This document shows, piece by piece, positions 1 to 8,688 of a DNA stretch of 32,000 bases. Source of the DNA: Dickeya dadantii NCPPB 898 (GTDB taxonomy: Bacteria; Pseudomonadota; Gammaproteobacteria; Enterobacterales; Enterobacteriaceae); NCBI RefSeq assembly GCF_000406145.1, contig NZ_CM001976.1, positions 1,832,061 to 1,864,060 on the forward strand. The letters are read 5' to 3'. The notes beneath the pieces are model-generated. The model was not told the DNA's origin and did no database searches. It saw only the letters and a list, made by a program, of their open reading frames with translations. Position 1 is the first letter of the stretch, and the number at the start of each line of letters is the position of its first letter. The translations under genes were made by a program, and so were the position numbers.

Positions 1-757
1 GGATTCGGCGCGTAAGCGTAGTTATTTTCCCCGCCCAACACCCCTATCGGGTCTGGCGAGACATAACACCCACCGGCCGGGTCGTAGTACCGGAAGCGGT
101 TATAGCACAGCCCGCTTTCACTGTCACGGAGCTGCCCGGCGAAGGCCAGACCCGGGTCCGGACTTTCCGATTTTTCTGTCTGCCGCTGGCCCCACAGCGT
201 GGCTTTCGGTGCCTGCCAGCGCAGGGTGCCGTCGTGTGCGAACAGCGCCTGTGGCGCGCCGTTCTGGCTGCTGGTGACAAAATCCGTTTCCCAGTCGCCG
301 CCGGGGTGCTGGCGCTGCTGCACCACCAGCTCCCAGCCGTTGTACACCCAGTGACGGCGTTGTATCAGCTGGCCGTGGCGGTAGTGGCGGATTTCCGCTA
401 TCTGGTCGCCGTCCCACAGGTAGCGGGTCTCTTCGGCTTTCTGGTCGCAGCGTTTGCCCACCCGGCGACCGAACGGGTCGTAACGGTACAGCCAGCGTTC
501 GCCGCTCGGGGTATCCACCACCCGTAGCTGGTTGCGGCTGTCCCAGCGGTACTGCCACACCTGCGGGCGGTAGCCCGGCTGCACCACCTGTTTACGGATA
601 AGCCGTCCGGCCCTGTCGTACTGGTAGTGGGTGTCGTCGTGCTGAACCAGTCGGCCAGACTGCCACTCGGTGAGGCGGCCTGCCTCCTGCGGCAGGCCGC
701 TGCGGGTGTAGTGAAAGCGGGCGGTGGTGTCCACCGGTTTGCCCGCACCACCGCTTA
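1..757 (-). pseudogene. Rhs core C-terminal segment, out of frame with the upstream Rhs ORF; continues beyond window start
   Basis: Manual minus-strand translation from about 743 to 1, in the frame offset by one nt from ORF 592..3879, is stop-free. It reads GKPVDTTARFHYTRSGLPQEAGRL...YRWDSRNQLRVVDTPSGERWLYRYDPFGRRVGK...GQLRDSESGLCYNRFRYYDPAGGCYVSPDPIGVLGGENNYAYAPN. These are YD repeats plus the conserved Rhs core-end motif. The toxin domain would lie outside the window. Confidence 0.75.
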
Positions 758-3700
758 AGCACTGCCTGCACCCGGCCGGTGGCGTCCAGACGATAACCTT
801 CGGCGTCGCGGTTGTGACGCACCCCGGTCAGGTTGCCGGCACCGTCGTAGCGGTATTCCCGTGTCTGTGCTGCCAGCAGGTGGCCGTCGTGCTGCGCGCC
901 GCTCTGCTCCCGCGTCAGCCAGCCCATCACGTCGTATTCCCGCTGCTGGACAAAGCCGCTGCCGCCGCGGCGATGTGACTCGCGGCCCGCCGCGTCCTGG
1001 GTCAGGGTCAGGTCGGCACCGTCCGGCAACTGCACCTGCCGCAGTTCGCCGGTGCGGGTGTAATGGAACAGACTGGTGAGCGGCGCGAGGGTGCCGGTGG
1101 TGTCCCCGGCGTCGCCGTCCCAGGTCAGGGTGCGGGTGACGGTGCGGGCCGCGTCATCATACTGCCGGGTGAGCAGCGTGCCGTTGTGCCATTCGCGCAC
1201 CACCCGGTCGCGCAGGTCGTACTCCAGCTGTACGTGGCTCACCGACGAGGTGACTTCCGTCAGCCTGCCGGCGGCGTCATAGCGGTAGTGCAGGGTGTCG
1301 TCCGGCGCGGTTTCACGCAGCAGCAGGCCGCGGGCGTCGTACAGGAAGTGGCGGGTGTCGCCTTCGCCGTTGCGCACGCTGATGCACAGGCCGTCCTCGT
1401 CGTAGCCATAGTGGGTCTCGGTGCCGGTCATGTCACGCTCGCGGATGACCCGCCCGTCGGCATCCAGCCACCACTGCCAGCGGCTGCCGTCCGGGGCGAT
1501 AACCGCTATCAGCTGCTGGCTTTCCCTGTCGTACTCGTAGCGCCAGGTGCGGCCTTCGGCGTCGGTGCGGGCGGTCAGCAGGTCGAACGGGCCGAAGCTC
1601 TGACGCCACAGCGCGCCGTTGCCGTCCACGTAGCTCAGCAGGTTGTTGTGGCGGTCGTACTGGCGCCGCTCTTCCTTGTCGTCCGGACGCATCAGCTGCT
1701 CCGGCAGCGTCCAGCTGGCCCGGCGATAACCGAGCCCGAAACGCGCACCGTCCGCACGTTGCCACTGCACCACCCGGTCCTGCCCGTCGTAGCGTAACTG
1801 CTGGGTACGGCTCTCGGCGTCAGTGGCACTCAGCAGCCGTTGACGGTGGTCGTACTGCAGCCGGGCCTGCACCTCACCGGCGGCGTCGCTCACCTGGGTC
1901 AGCAGGCCGTAGCGGTTCCAGGTGAACCGCACTTCGCTGGCATCCGGGCCGGTAAGCCGTTCCGGGTTACCCTCGGCGTCATACACCCAGCCCCACTCGC
2001 GGCCCAGCGGGTCGGTGACGCCGCACAGCCGCTGCGCCTCGTCGTAGGTGTACTGCCACTGATGGCCGCTGGCGTCGGTAAAGGTGCTGACCCGCCCGGT
2101 GTCGTCGAGATAACCGAACTCGACCACCCGCCCGGCGGGCGAGATTTCCCGCAGCAGGTTGCCAACCTCGTCGTACTCGTAGCGGGTGACGTGCCCGAGC
2201 GGGGATTTTTCCCAGCTCATCAGGTACAGGTCGTTAAAGCCGAATTCGCTGCGCTGGCCGAGGCCGTCGGTCATCACCACCCGGTCGGGGAGGTAGTCGA
2301 AGCGGGCGGTCAGAAAACCGTCGGCGCAGGTGGTGTAGACGCAGCGCCCCTGTGCGTCGTATTCGTAGCGCGCCCAGGTCTGGTCGTTATCGTGCCAGCG
2401 GGTCAGCCGATGGGCCGCGTCGTACTCGTAATAGAGGTGATAGGCGTGGGTGGCGTCCGCTTCCACCAGTCGGCCCTGTTCGTCCTGGCGGTACCCGGCC
2501 AGCAACGTCTTCTGGCCGCCATCGATACGTTGTATCTGGTGCAGGAATTCGCCCCGCCACACCAGCAGCAGGGTGACGCCGTCGCTGTGGCGCAGCTGGC
2601 GCAGGTAGCCTTTCGGGTCGCGCACCAGCTCGATGCGGTTGTCGTGGCTATCGTGAATGGCCGACAGCAAGCGGTGCTCGCCCTGTACCACGCTAAAGTC
2701 GCGCCAGGTCTGCTGGTCGCGGTGCCACAGGCTGAAACCCTCGCCCCGGCGGTGCAGGGTAAATTCAGGGTAGTGCGGGCAGTACACCGCCTGTACGTCC
2801 TGATGGAAGGTAAAATCGATGTCGTAGCCCTGAGCCAGCGTGATGACCACGTGGGTGTTGAGGCCGTCGCGCGTTACCGTCGCCACCTCGCTCCAGCTGT
2901 CGTGCCAGCCGCGGCCCGGCAGCCCGACATGTACCGAGGCGGAGCGGTAGGTGCGCTCGAACACCAGCGGCAGCGTCTGGCCCAGCGCGATATCGGTACG
3001 GGATTCAATCACCTCGCCGCTGGCGATATAGACCGGGTCTTTCAGGAACGCCTTTACTGCGGCCTTGGCTCGCGTCAGCCCACTGCTGGCTTTGAAAGCC
3101 TTACTGGCACAAGATGATTTATCCGCGAGGCGACCGGCAATCCACTTTGCCCCTGCTCTGGCTCCGCGTAGTACTGCCTTGGGACCACGGATAAACAGCT
3201 TTCCCAGTCCCTTCAGCATTCCCCGGCTGGGCGGCACCAGAAACTCCACCGCAATCAGCAACGCTTTTTCCCACCAACTGAACTCGTCGGCAATCTCCAG
3301 ATAGGTGCCCTGACCGGAGCCGAAAAATACCGTTGAGGCCCCTTCCTTGATAGTGGCACCACAGACGGTTTTATCGTCGATACGGGCGGCCGGGGCGTCG
3401 TTCACGAACACGGATTCGCTGCCCTGGGCAATCAGTTGCGGGCTGTTGTGCTTGGTGCAGGCGACGGTGTCCTGGGTGGCGCGGGCCACCGGCTGCTTTT
3501 CAACAAACACGTTACCCGAGCCCGACGCGACCGGCCCGAAGGCCGGTGACGCACTGTCCACCATCGCCGAGACCTTGCTGGTGACAGCGGAAATCAGGTC
3601 ACCGGCAGCAAACACCGCCAGTGCCCCGACGGCCGCCACCGCCAGCCCGCCGGTGACACCGACCAGAAACACTGCCGCCGCCGCGACGGCCGCCGCCACC

Positions 3701-3879
3701 AGCGCCCCGGCCACGGCACCGGCCAGTGCACCGAGAAAACTCTTGTGTTTGATGGTCTTGCCCGGCGACGTTGGCGGTTTACCCTGACAGGGTTGTGGCC
3801 GGTCGGCGGGCGGGTTGGGACGGTTTCCGGCATGCATGGCCCCCACCCGGGCCACCCGGCTCAGAATATCGTTGAGCAT
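592..3879 (-). CDS. T6SS Rhs-family effector: prePAAR-like N-terminus, Gly/Ala-rich TM region, PAAR-like domain, YD-repeat shell. The ORF ends in out-of-frame Arg/Pro-rich sequence after an apparent frameshift.
   Basis: 1095-aa ORF. The N-terminus has ARVGAMHAG, then a long G/A/V hydrophobic stretch, then a PAAR-like VFVNDAPAARIDDKTVCGATIKEGASTVFFG. Many YD repeats follow (YEYD, RYDxxGR, YxYDxxG). The last ~55 aa (KRWCGQTGGHHRPLSLHPQRP...) look like wrong-frame translation. An AGGGAG RBS lies upstream of the ATG, directly downstream of the Eag gene. Confidence 0.85.
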   Translation of the reverse strand: MLNDILSRVARVGAMHAGNRPNPPADRPQPCQGKPPTSPGKTIKHKSFLGALAGAVAGALVAAAVAAAAVFLVGVTGGLAVAAVGALAVFAAGDLISAVTSKVSAMVDSASPAFGPVASGSGNVFVEKQPVARATQDTVACTKHNSPQLIAQGSESVFVNDAPAARIDDKTVCGATIKEGASTVFFGSGQGTYLEIADEFSWWEKALLIAVEFLVPPSRGMLKGLGKLFIRGPKAVLRGARAGAKWIAGRLADKSSCASKAFKASSGLTRAKAAVKAFLKDPVYIASGEVIESRTDIALGQTLPLVFERTYRSASVHVGLPGRGWHDSWSEVATVTRDGLNTHVVITLAQGYDIDFTFHQDVQAVYCPHYPEFTLHRRGEGFSLWHRDQQTWRDFSVVQGEHRLLSAIHDSHDNRIELVRDPKGYLRQLRHSDGVTLLLVWRGEFLHQIQRIDGGQKTLLAGYRQDEQGRLVEADATHAYHLYYEYDAAHRLTRWHDNDQTWARYEYDAQGRCVYTTCADGFLTARFDYLPDRVVMTDGLGQRSEFGFNDLYLMSWEKSPLGHVTRYEYDEVGNLLREISPAGRVVEFGYLDDTGRVSTFTDASGHQWQYTYDEAQRLCGVTDPLGREWGWVYDAEGNPERLTGPDASEVRFTWNRYGLLTQVSDAAGEVQARLQYDHRQRLLSATDAESRTQQLRYDGQDRVVQWQRADGARFGLGYRRASWTLPEQLMRPDDKEERRQYDRHNNLLSYVDGNGALWRQSFGPFDLLTARTDAEGRTWRYEYDRESQQLIAVIAPDGSRWQWWLDADGRVIRERDMTGTETHYGYDEDGLCISVRNGEGDTRHFLYDARGLLLRETAPDDTLHYRYDAAGRLTEVTSSVSHVQLEYDLRDRVVREWHNGTLLTRQYDDAARTVTRTLTWDGDAGDTTGTLAPLTSLFHYTRTGELRQVQLPDGADLTLTQDAAGRESHRRGGSGFVQQREYDVMGWLTREQSGAQHDGHLLAAQTREYRYDGAGNLTGVRHNRDAEGYRLDATGRVQAVLKRWCGQTGGHHRPLSLHPQRPAAGGRPPHRVAVWPTGSARRHPLPVRQGRTAYP

Positions 3880-3890
3880 CGTGACTCCCT

Positions 3891-4298
3891 TCAGGACGCG
3901 GCTTTGAACGTCTCGATGACCGCCAGTAGGGCGGTTTTTTGTTCCGCTTTCAGTTCACCGGCGGCGGTAACGGTAAAGGTCAGCAGCAGCTCGCCGCGTA
4001 CCTGCATCACCACCACCTGGTGCATCGGCCCTTCCGGCGAGCGCCAGCTGTACTCCAGGCCGCGCGCGGGCTGGCCGTCCAGCGTCAGTTCCCAGGCGGC
4101 GCGCTCCTGATAGCCCTTCAGGTGGGCGGAAAACTGCGCCAGCGTCTGTTCATACACCGTCTCCGGCGACAGGCCGAATTCAATCGGCGTGCGGTTGACC
4201 ACCAGATTGGCGGTATCGCCCGGCAGCACAAACACGTGCAGCGACTCGTCGCGCCAGCCCGCCGGAATACTCAGGGTGCCTTCATTCATCTGGTACAT
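3891..4298 (-). CDS. DUF1795 / Eag-family chaperone for a prePAAR Rhs effector
   Basis: 135 aa beginning MYQMNEGTLSIPAGWRDESLHVFVLP, as remembered for DUF1795 (EagR-type) proteins. Its position between vgrG and rhs is the canonical arrangement. Confidence 0.75.
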   Translation of the reverse strand: MYQMNEGTLSIPAGWRDESLHVFVLPGDTANLVVNRTPIEFGLSPETVYEQTLAQFSAHLKGYQERAAWELTLDGQPARGLEYSWRSPEGPMHQVVVMQVRGELLLTFTVTAAGELKAEQKTALLAVIETFKAAS

Positions 4299-4311
4299 AC
4301 GTGCTGCTCCC

Positions 4312-6165
4312 TCAGTTCAAATCGATACGGGTGCCGTTCAGCACCAACCCTTTACCGGTAATGGAAATGTTGCCGTCCTTGTCGATGGCGATGAAGCCGC
4401 CGGCGGTGGCAATCAGGATGTCGCCGCTCTGGGACTGGATGGCGATATTGTTTTTCACCTGCAGCGACTCGTTGTCGTCGACGGTGGTGTGGCGGTTTTT
4501 GGTGACGGCGACGGTCTGCTCGCCCTGAATCTCGGTGACCTGATTTTCCTTCACCGACACCGTCTGGTTGTGCTGCACCACCACCGTCTGGTCGCCGCCC
4601 ACGTTCTCGGTGTGGCTGGCGTTGACCGACGTACTACGGTTGTTCAGCACCACGGTATTCATGTCCTTCTGGGCGTGGATAAACACCTCTTCCTGCCCGG
4701 CCTGGTCTTCGAAGCGCAGCTCATTGAACCCGGCCCCTTTATGGGTACTGGTGCGCAGCGAGGTGCGGGTCTTGCTGGCCGGCAGGGTATACGGAGACGG
4801 GTTGGTGGCGTGAAAGGTGCGACCGGTGACGATGGGCTGGTCCGGGTCGCCCTCCAGAAAGCTCACCACCACTTCATGGCCGATGCGCGGAATGGCGATT
4901 AACCCGTACTGGCCGCCGGCCCAGCCCTGACTGACCCGCACCCAGCAGGAGCTCTGGTCGTCGCTGGCGCCGTAGCGGTCCCACGGGAACTGCAGCTTCA
5001 CCCGTCCGAACTGGTCGCAGTAAATCTCTTCGCCCGCCGGGCCGACCACGGTGGCAATCTGCGGGCCGTCCACCATCGGCTTGTACGGCATGGCCGCCCG
5101 CCAGGTGGTGGTGGCTTTCACCACCTCGAAACTGTTGCTGATGGTGGTCGGCTCGCCACCGCTTTCCTCTTCCAGCGCCTGCGGCTGCTGCCCGCTGTGG
5201 GTCACCGCCACCACCTGCCAGGCCAGGTTGAATGCCGGGTTCGGGTGCTCGGTGAGGGTAAAGGTGCCACCCGGCCTCAGTTCGGCGGCGTTGGATTCGC
5301 CGCTGCCGGTCATCGCCCCGGCACGCAGCGCATCCAGCCGGTAACCGGTAAACGCCTTGCCGCTCGGGTCCTGCTTGAAGCGGCCGGGGTAATCAAAGTG
5401 CTGGTAGGATTCACGCTGATGGTCCAGCTCGCTGCTCATCCTGTTGTGCAGCAGCCCGTAGGCCGGGGTTTTGAAGCTGTAATCCTTCAGCGCCACCTCG
5501 GCGGTACTGACCGCTTCGGCATAACGGAAACGCCGCACATAAGCGCCTTCGCTCAGCCCTTGTGTAGCGAGATTGAAGAACAGTTCCGGGCCTTTGGTCA
5601 GTGCACCGGCGTCATCGGCGAATACCACCCGGTGCTTGCCCGCTTCGAACTCGTGAAAGTAGAACAGCCCTTCTTCCGCCGCCAGCCGGTTGATAAACGC
5701 CAGGTCGCTTTCGCGGTACTGCACGCAGTATTCGCGCACCGCGTGCTCATGGCGCAGGGCAAAGGCAAAGTCGGTAATCCCGGCTTCTTCCAGCAGGGTG
5801 CCGATAATCGCGTCCGGTTTTTGGGTCTGGAAAATACGGGCGTTGGTGCGCAAGCCCAGTCGCCACAGCGCCGGGCGCACCTCGGCCTGATAGCGGGTGC
5901 GGCGAAAGCCGGTGTCGCCCTGGGCAAAGCGGCTGACGATGCCGCTGACCCGGCGCTGCAGCTCGCCTTCGTACCACACCAGCAGCTCGCACGGCTGGTC
6001 CAGCACCGCGCCGAAATCGATGCCGGGCTGGCTGCTGGCAAGACTCAGCGACAGCGCAAACGGCTGGTTCAGCGCCTCGCTCAGTTCAAAATCCACCACC
6101 GCGAACGTCGTTTCCGGCAACGCGCCGACCTTCACGGTAAACTGCAATCCGGTACTGTTGGCCAC
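4312..6165 (-). CDS. vgrG: T6SS spike protein VgrG (TssI), short form without a C-terminal extension domain
   Basis: 617 aa. Starts with the N-terminal [26 protein letters not shown] signature. The gp27/gp5-like core includes [21 protein letters not shown] and beta-helix repeats. Confidence 0.9.
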   Translation of the reverse strand: MANSTGLQFTVKVGALPETTFAVVDFELSEALNQPFALSLSLASSQPGIDFGAVLDQPCELLVWYEGELQRRVSGIVSRFAQGDTGFRRTRYQAEVRPALWRLGLRTNARIFQTQKPDAIIGTLLEEAGITDFAFALRHEHAVREYCVQYRESDLAFINRLAAEEGLFYFHEFEAGKHRVVFADDAGALTKGPELFFNLATQGLSEGAYVRRFRYAEAVSTAEVALKDYSFKTPAYGLLHNRMSSELDHQRESYQHFDYPGRFKQDPSGKAFTGYRLDALRAGAMTGSGESNAAELRPGGTFTLTEHPNPAFNLAWQVVAVTHSGQQPQALEEESGGEPTTISNSFEVVKATTTWRAAMPYKPMVDGPQIATVVGPAGEEIYCDQFGRVKLQFPWDRYGASDDQSSCWVRVSQGWAGGQYGLIAIPRIGHEVVVSFLEGDPDQPIVTGRTFHATNPSPYTLPASKTRTSLRTSTHKGAGFNELRFEDQAGQEEVFIHAQKDMNTVVLNNRSTSVNASHTENVGGDQTVVVQHNQTVSVKENQVTEIQGEQTVAVTKNRHTTVDDNESLQVKNNIAIQSQSGDILIATAGGFIAIDKDGNISITGKGLVLNGTRIDLN

Positions 6166-6235
6166 CTGACTTCCTCCTTATTCCCTGTCTGCGTCCGCAC
6201 TCAGCGATGACCGCCGCCATCGCTCAGGGCAGGCT

Positions 6236-6267
6236 GAAAACGACAACACCCGGACCGGAGTCCGGGT
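6236..6267 (-). terminator. Intercistronic hairpin/attenuator between hcp and vgrG
   Basis: Minus strand ACCCGGA-CTCCGG-TCCGGGT (7-bp GC stem) followed by GTTGTCGTTTTC. Lies 10 nt after the hcp stop. Confidence 0.45.
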
Positions 6268-6277
6268 TAACAGGCGA

Positions 6278-6796
6278 TTACGCTTCGATCGGCGCGCGCC
6301 AGTCGTCGGAGCCGGAGGTCCCGGCAACGGTGTGCTCCCAGTCCACCTTGCGGTAGGCCAGCGACACTTCGATCAGCTGGGTGTAATCCTGCTTGGACGG
6401 GTCCTGGCAGTGCGGCATCTGGTTGTTGATGTCGACGATGGTGGCGTCGGTCAGGGTGGTGGTGAAGAAATGCTCCTGCTTGCCTTCGACGGAGGTGCGG
6501 TACCACTTCAGGGTCACGGTCGGCAGCATTTCGCCGGAGGCCAGCGCGTTATACAGCAGCGGCACGGCCTTGTTCAGGGCGACGGTGAATTTGAACGGTT
6601 TGTGCACGCGCTGACCGGACGGCTGGCCGGACTGCGGGTCGGTCGGCACGGTCACGACGTGGTTGAATTCCTGCACCAGCATCTCGTCTTCGTGGCCCTG
6701 CACGTAGATGTTGCCGACGGAGTCGGAGGTGAAGGCACCGGCGGTGATATTGCCCTGAGTTTTACCTTCGATGCTGATATAGCATGGAGTTGGCAT
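6278..6796 (-). CDS. hcp: T6SS tube protein Hcp (TssD)
   Basis: 172 aa, MPTPCYISIEGKTQGNITAGAFTSDSVGN...HKPFKFTVALNKAVPLLYNAL, typical Hcp1-family sequence. AAGGAG RBS upstream. Confidence 0.92.
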   Translation of the reverse strand: MPTPCYISIEGKTQGNITAGAFTSDSVGNIYVQGHEDEMLVQEFNHVVTVPTDPQSGQPSGQRVHKPFKFTVALNKAVPLLYNALASGEMLPTVTLKWYRTSVEGKQEHFFTTTLTDATIVDINNQMPHCQDPSKQDYTQLIEVSLAYRKVDWEHTVAGTSGSDDWRAPIEA

Positions 6797-6845
6797 AGTC
6801 TTGCTCCTTGTTGTTGAACGATAAGTGTAACTTCAGTGTTCCTGG

Positions 6846-6861
6846 AGCAATTCCCGTGCCA
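6846..6861 (-). promoter_or_regulatory. Sigma-54 (-24/-12) promoter for hcp
   Basis: Minus strand reads TTGGCACGGGAATTGCT, matching the TGGCAC-N5-TTGCW consensus exactly. It ends about 50 nt upstream of the hcp ATG (6796). Confidence 0.8.
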
Positions 6862-6922
6862 ATTAATATCTTATTGTTTTTAAATACAATTCACTTAAGT
6901 AAAATTTTCCCTAAGTCAAATT

Positions 6923-6942
6923 TGAGCAAAAAGTTGCGCAGA
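6923..6942. promoter_or_regulatory. Proximal copy of a 20-bp dyad repeat (candidate enhancer-binding-protein UAS)
   Basis: TGAGCAAAAAGTTGCGCAGA has internal dyad arms TGAGCAA / TTGCGCA. Sits roughly -87 to -106 from the predicted sigma-54 start. Confidence 0.45.
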
Positions 6943-6993
6943 CTTCCCGAAAAAACGGCATCCATTGCTCAAACAGGGATTTATGCTGGAAAG

Positions 6994-7013
6994 TGAGCAA
7001 GAAGTTGCGCAGA
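6994..7013. promoter_or_regulatory. Distal copy of the 20-bp dyad repeat (candidate UAS)
   Basis: TGAGCAAGAAGTTGCGCAGA is 19/20 identical to 6923-6942, 71 bp away. An extra inverted half-site TTGCTCA lies at 6965-6971. Confidence 0.45.
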
Positions 7014-7065
7014 TTTTGCATTTGTTCTGTTGGTGGTTGTTTTGTGAGCGGATGTTATCCATTTT

Positions 7066-7085
7066 TATGTGATATTTATCACATA
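7066..7085. promoter_or_regulatory. CRP-type palindrome TGTGA-N6-TCACA
   Basis: TATGTGATATTTATCACATA has perfect 9-bp arms around a 2-bp centre. The core TGTGATATTTATCACA fits the CRP consensus spacing exactly. Confidence 0.55.
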
Positions 7086-7388
7086 ATGTGCTCTGTGCGA
7101 TCGCTGGATCCTGGTGGAAGAGTGTGCGTCGGGGCGAGGCAGACTGGATGAAAAGGGCTGTGCGTTTCACTCATGACATCATCATCTGGGGAGGTAACGC
7201 CCTGAGCTGTCATTTCAGTTTGGTCAGTGATGGATACATTCTTTTTTAATATGGTAAAACAGGGCAGGGAAGTCATCGAAATGCGACTTATTGGGCTGGC
7301 GTGATACTTTTTCGTGAAATTGTCAGACTTGGTTTTTTATGCAGTGTAGCGAAAAGGATATTCTGAAATGGTTTTCTGAAAGTATTCT

Positions 7389-7416
7389 GAAATGCAAAGG
7401 GCTGCATACGCAACCC
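7389..7416 (-). terminator. Intrinsic terminator downstream of tRNA-Asn
   Basis: Minus strand GGGTTGC-GTAT-GCAGCCC (7 bp including one G-U pair) followed by TTTGCATTTC. Confidence 0.6.
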
Positions 7417-7427
7417 CTTGATAAATT

Positions 7428-7503
7428 TGGCTCCTCTGACTGGACTCGAACCAGTGACATACGGATTAACAGTCCGCCGTTCTACCGACTGAACTACAGA
7501 GGA
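7428..7503 (-). tRNA. tRNA-Asn (anticodon GTT)
   Basis: Reverse complement reads TCCTCTGTAGTTCAGTCGGTAGAACGGCGGACTGTTAATCCGTATGTCACTGGTTCGAGTCCAGTCAGAGGAGCCA. It is 76 nt with a full cloverleaf and encoded CCA, and matches the enterobacterial tRNA-Asn as remembered. Confidence 0.95.
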
Positions 7504-7612
7504 ATCGTTGGAACGGGGCGCATCTTATCCGCGGTGCCCTTACGCTGTCAACGGGCAAAACCGACATTCTGTGCTGACTGCTTGGCTTCTGTACAATCCG
7601 CAGGATTCGGCG

Positions 7613-8404
7613 TCATTCTGGTGACAAATCAACCTGCGGCGGGTTCGCTTGCCAGTGCTGCAAACGTTCCAGCGGGCTTTGACGGTAAAATCCGCAAAAG
7701 TGCTGGTATACCGCCGGGAAGCGTTCCGCCAGCAGGTCTGGTGCGCTGAAAAAATACTCGGACAGCACGGCGAAGCACTCTGCCGGATCGGTTGCGGCGT
7801 AAGGGTCCATACTGGCGGCGTCTTCGCCTACCAGCTCTATTTCTTCGCGCAGTTCCTCCATCGCGGCATGCAGCACCTGCTCCCAGCGTGCTACGTCACG
7901 CAATGGCATGGCGGGAACCCCGGACGGCCGCTCGTTGCCGCGCATATCCAGCTTGTGCGCGACTTCGTGGATAATCAGATTGAATCCGGAAAGATCAAAC
8001 GAGTCCTGAATCTCCAGCCAGTTCAGCACGAGCGGCCCCTGATCCCAGCTCTGACCCGACTGTACGCTGGGGCCGCTATGCACCAGACCGAACTCGTCCA
8101 TCCATTCGCCATCGACCATAAAGGGTTCGGGGTGAATCAGTACGTCATGAAAGCCGTCAAGCCATTCAATACCCAGTTCCAGCACCGGGAGCGCAAACAA
8201 TAGCGCGATGCGTTGCGCCATTAGCTCCGTCAGCGCCAGCCCCTGTAGCGGCACCAGACGTTTCTGGCGCAGAAACTGCCTGGACAGCATGACGATATGC
8301 CGGCGTTCAGTTTCTGCCAGCGGCGTTAACAGCGGGATCGACAGCGCCTGCTGCCAGTCCGAAAAAGCGTCGGGGGTAGGGGATTTCCATTGCCACTTCA
8401 TCAT
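7613..8404 (-). CDS. mtfA: MtfA (Mlc titration factor A, M90 peptidase family)
   Basis: Collinear similarity to E. coli MtfA as remembered ([33 protein letters not shown] with HExx[18 protein letters not shown]). Start moved to MMKWQWK (8404), which matches the E. coli N-terminus MIKWPWK. Confidence 0.9.
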   Translation of the reverse strand: MMKWQWKSPTPDAFSDWQQALSIPLLTPLAETERRHIVMLSRQFLRQKRLVPLQGLALTELMAQRIALLFALPVLELGIEWLDGFHDVLIHPEPFMVDGEWMDEFGLVHSGPSVQSGQSWDQGPLVLNWLEIQDSFDLSGFNLIIHEVAHKLDMRGNERPSGVPAMPLRDVARWEQVLHAAMEELREEIELVGEDAASMDPYAATDPAECFAVLSEYFFSAPDLLAERFPAVYQHFCGFYRQSPLERLQHWQANPPQVDLSPE

Positions 8405-8498
8405 GGTGTTGCTCGCTAAGTCATCACTTGAATTCAAAGGCGTCGGTTTGTTCTTGTTAACATGCCATAAAACAGGGCATTATAGGCACCACTTTTAC

Positions 8499-8588
8499 GG
8501 AGAGATGCCGGAGCGGCTGAACGGACCGGTCTCGAAAACCGGAGTAGGGGCAACTCTACCGGGGGTTCAAATCCCCCTCTCTCCACCA
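8499..8588 (+). tRNA. serU: tRNA-Ser (anticodon CGA), class II with long variable arm. Its 3' end is the prophage attachment junction.
   Basis: GGAGAGATGCCGGAGCGGCTGAACGGACCGGTCTCGAAAACCGGAGTAGGGGCAACTCTACCGGGGGTTCAAATCCCCCTCTCTCCACCA. Identical to E. coli serU as remembered, except that the discriminator is A instead of G. Confidence 0.93.
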
Positions 8589-8634
8589 CTATTCAATAAC
8601 TTACGGAAGATAATTTCCGTGACCGTTATCTATA

Positions 8635-8667
8635 TTGGTATATTGTTGGTATATCGTGTTGGTATAT
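8635..8667. repeat. Three direct TTGGTATAT repeats (candidate integrase arm-type sites)
   Basis: TTGGTATAT at 8635-8643, 8646-8654 and 8659-8667, between the tRNA end and the int stop. Flanked by two copies of ACTATT(C/G)AATAACT (8588-8601 and 8677-8690). Confidence 0.55.
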
Positions 8668-8688
8668 CAACTGACTACTATTGAATAA

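Noticed and set aside
724-6210. Many long plus-strand ORFs opposite rhs and vgrG (e.g. 1063..1797, 1840..3117, 3939..4361, 4189..4902, 5197..6210), plus alternative minus-frame ORFs
   Set aside because: These are shadow ORFs typical of GC-rich coding DNA. Their translations are Arg/Ala/Gly/Pro-rich with no motifs, and they lie fully inside well-supported Rhs, Eag and VgrG genes.
6808-7749. ORFs 6808..6996(+), 6916..7170(-), 7079..7276(-) and 7339..7749(+) in the hcp-upstream spacer and across tRNA-Asn
   Set aside because: No RBS, low-complexity translations. 7339..7749 runs straight through the tRNA-Asn gene and antisense to mtfA. The region is better explained as regulatory DNA.
8635-8667. 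CRISPR-like short repeats (TTGGTATAT x3) and other direct repeats in the window
   Set aside because: The repeats are 9 bp with 2-4 bp spacers next to int, consistent with arm-type recombinase sites. No CRISPR array, cas genes, IS element or transposase was seen anywhere in the window.
8208-8684. ORF 8208..8684 (+), 158 aa
   Set aside because: It is antisense to the mtfA 5' end and then reads through the tRNA-Ser gene, so it is not a plausible protein.
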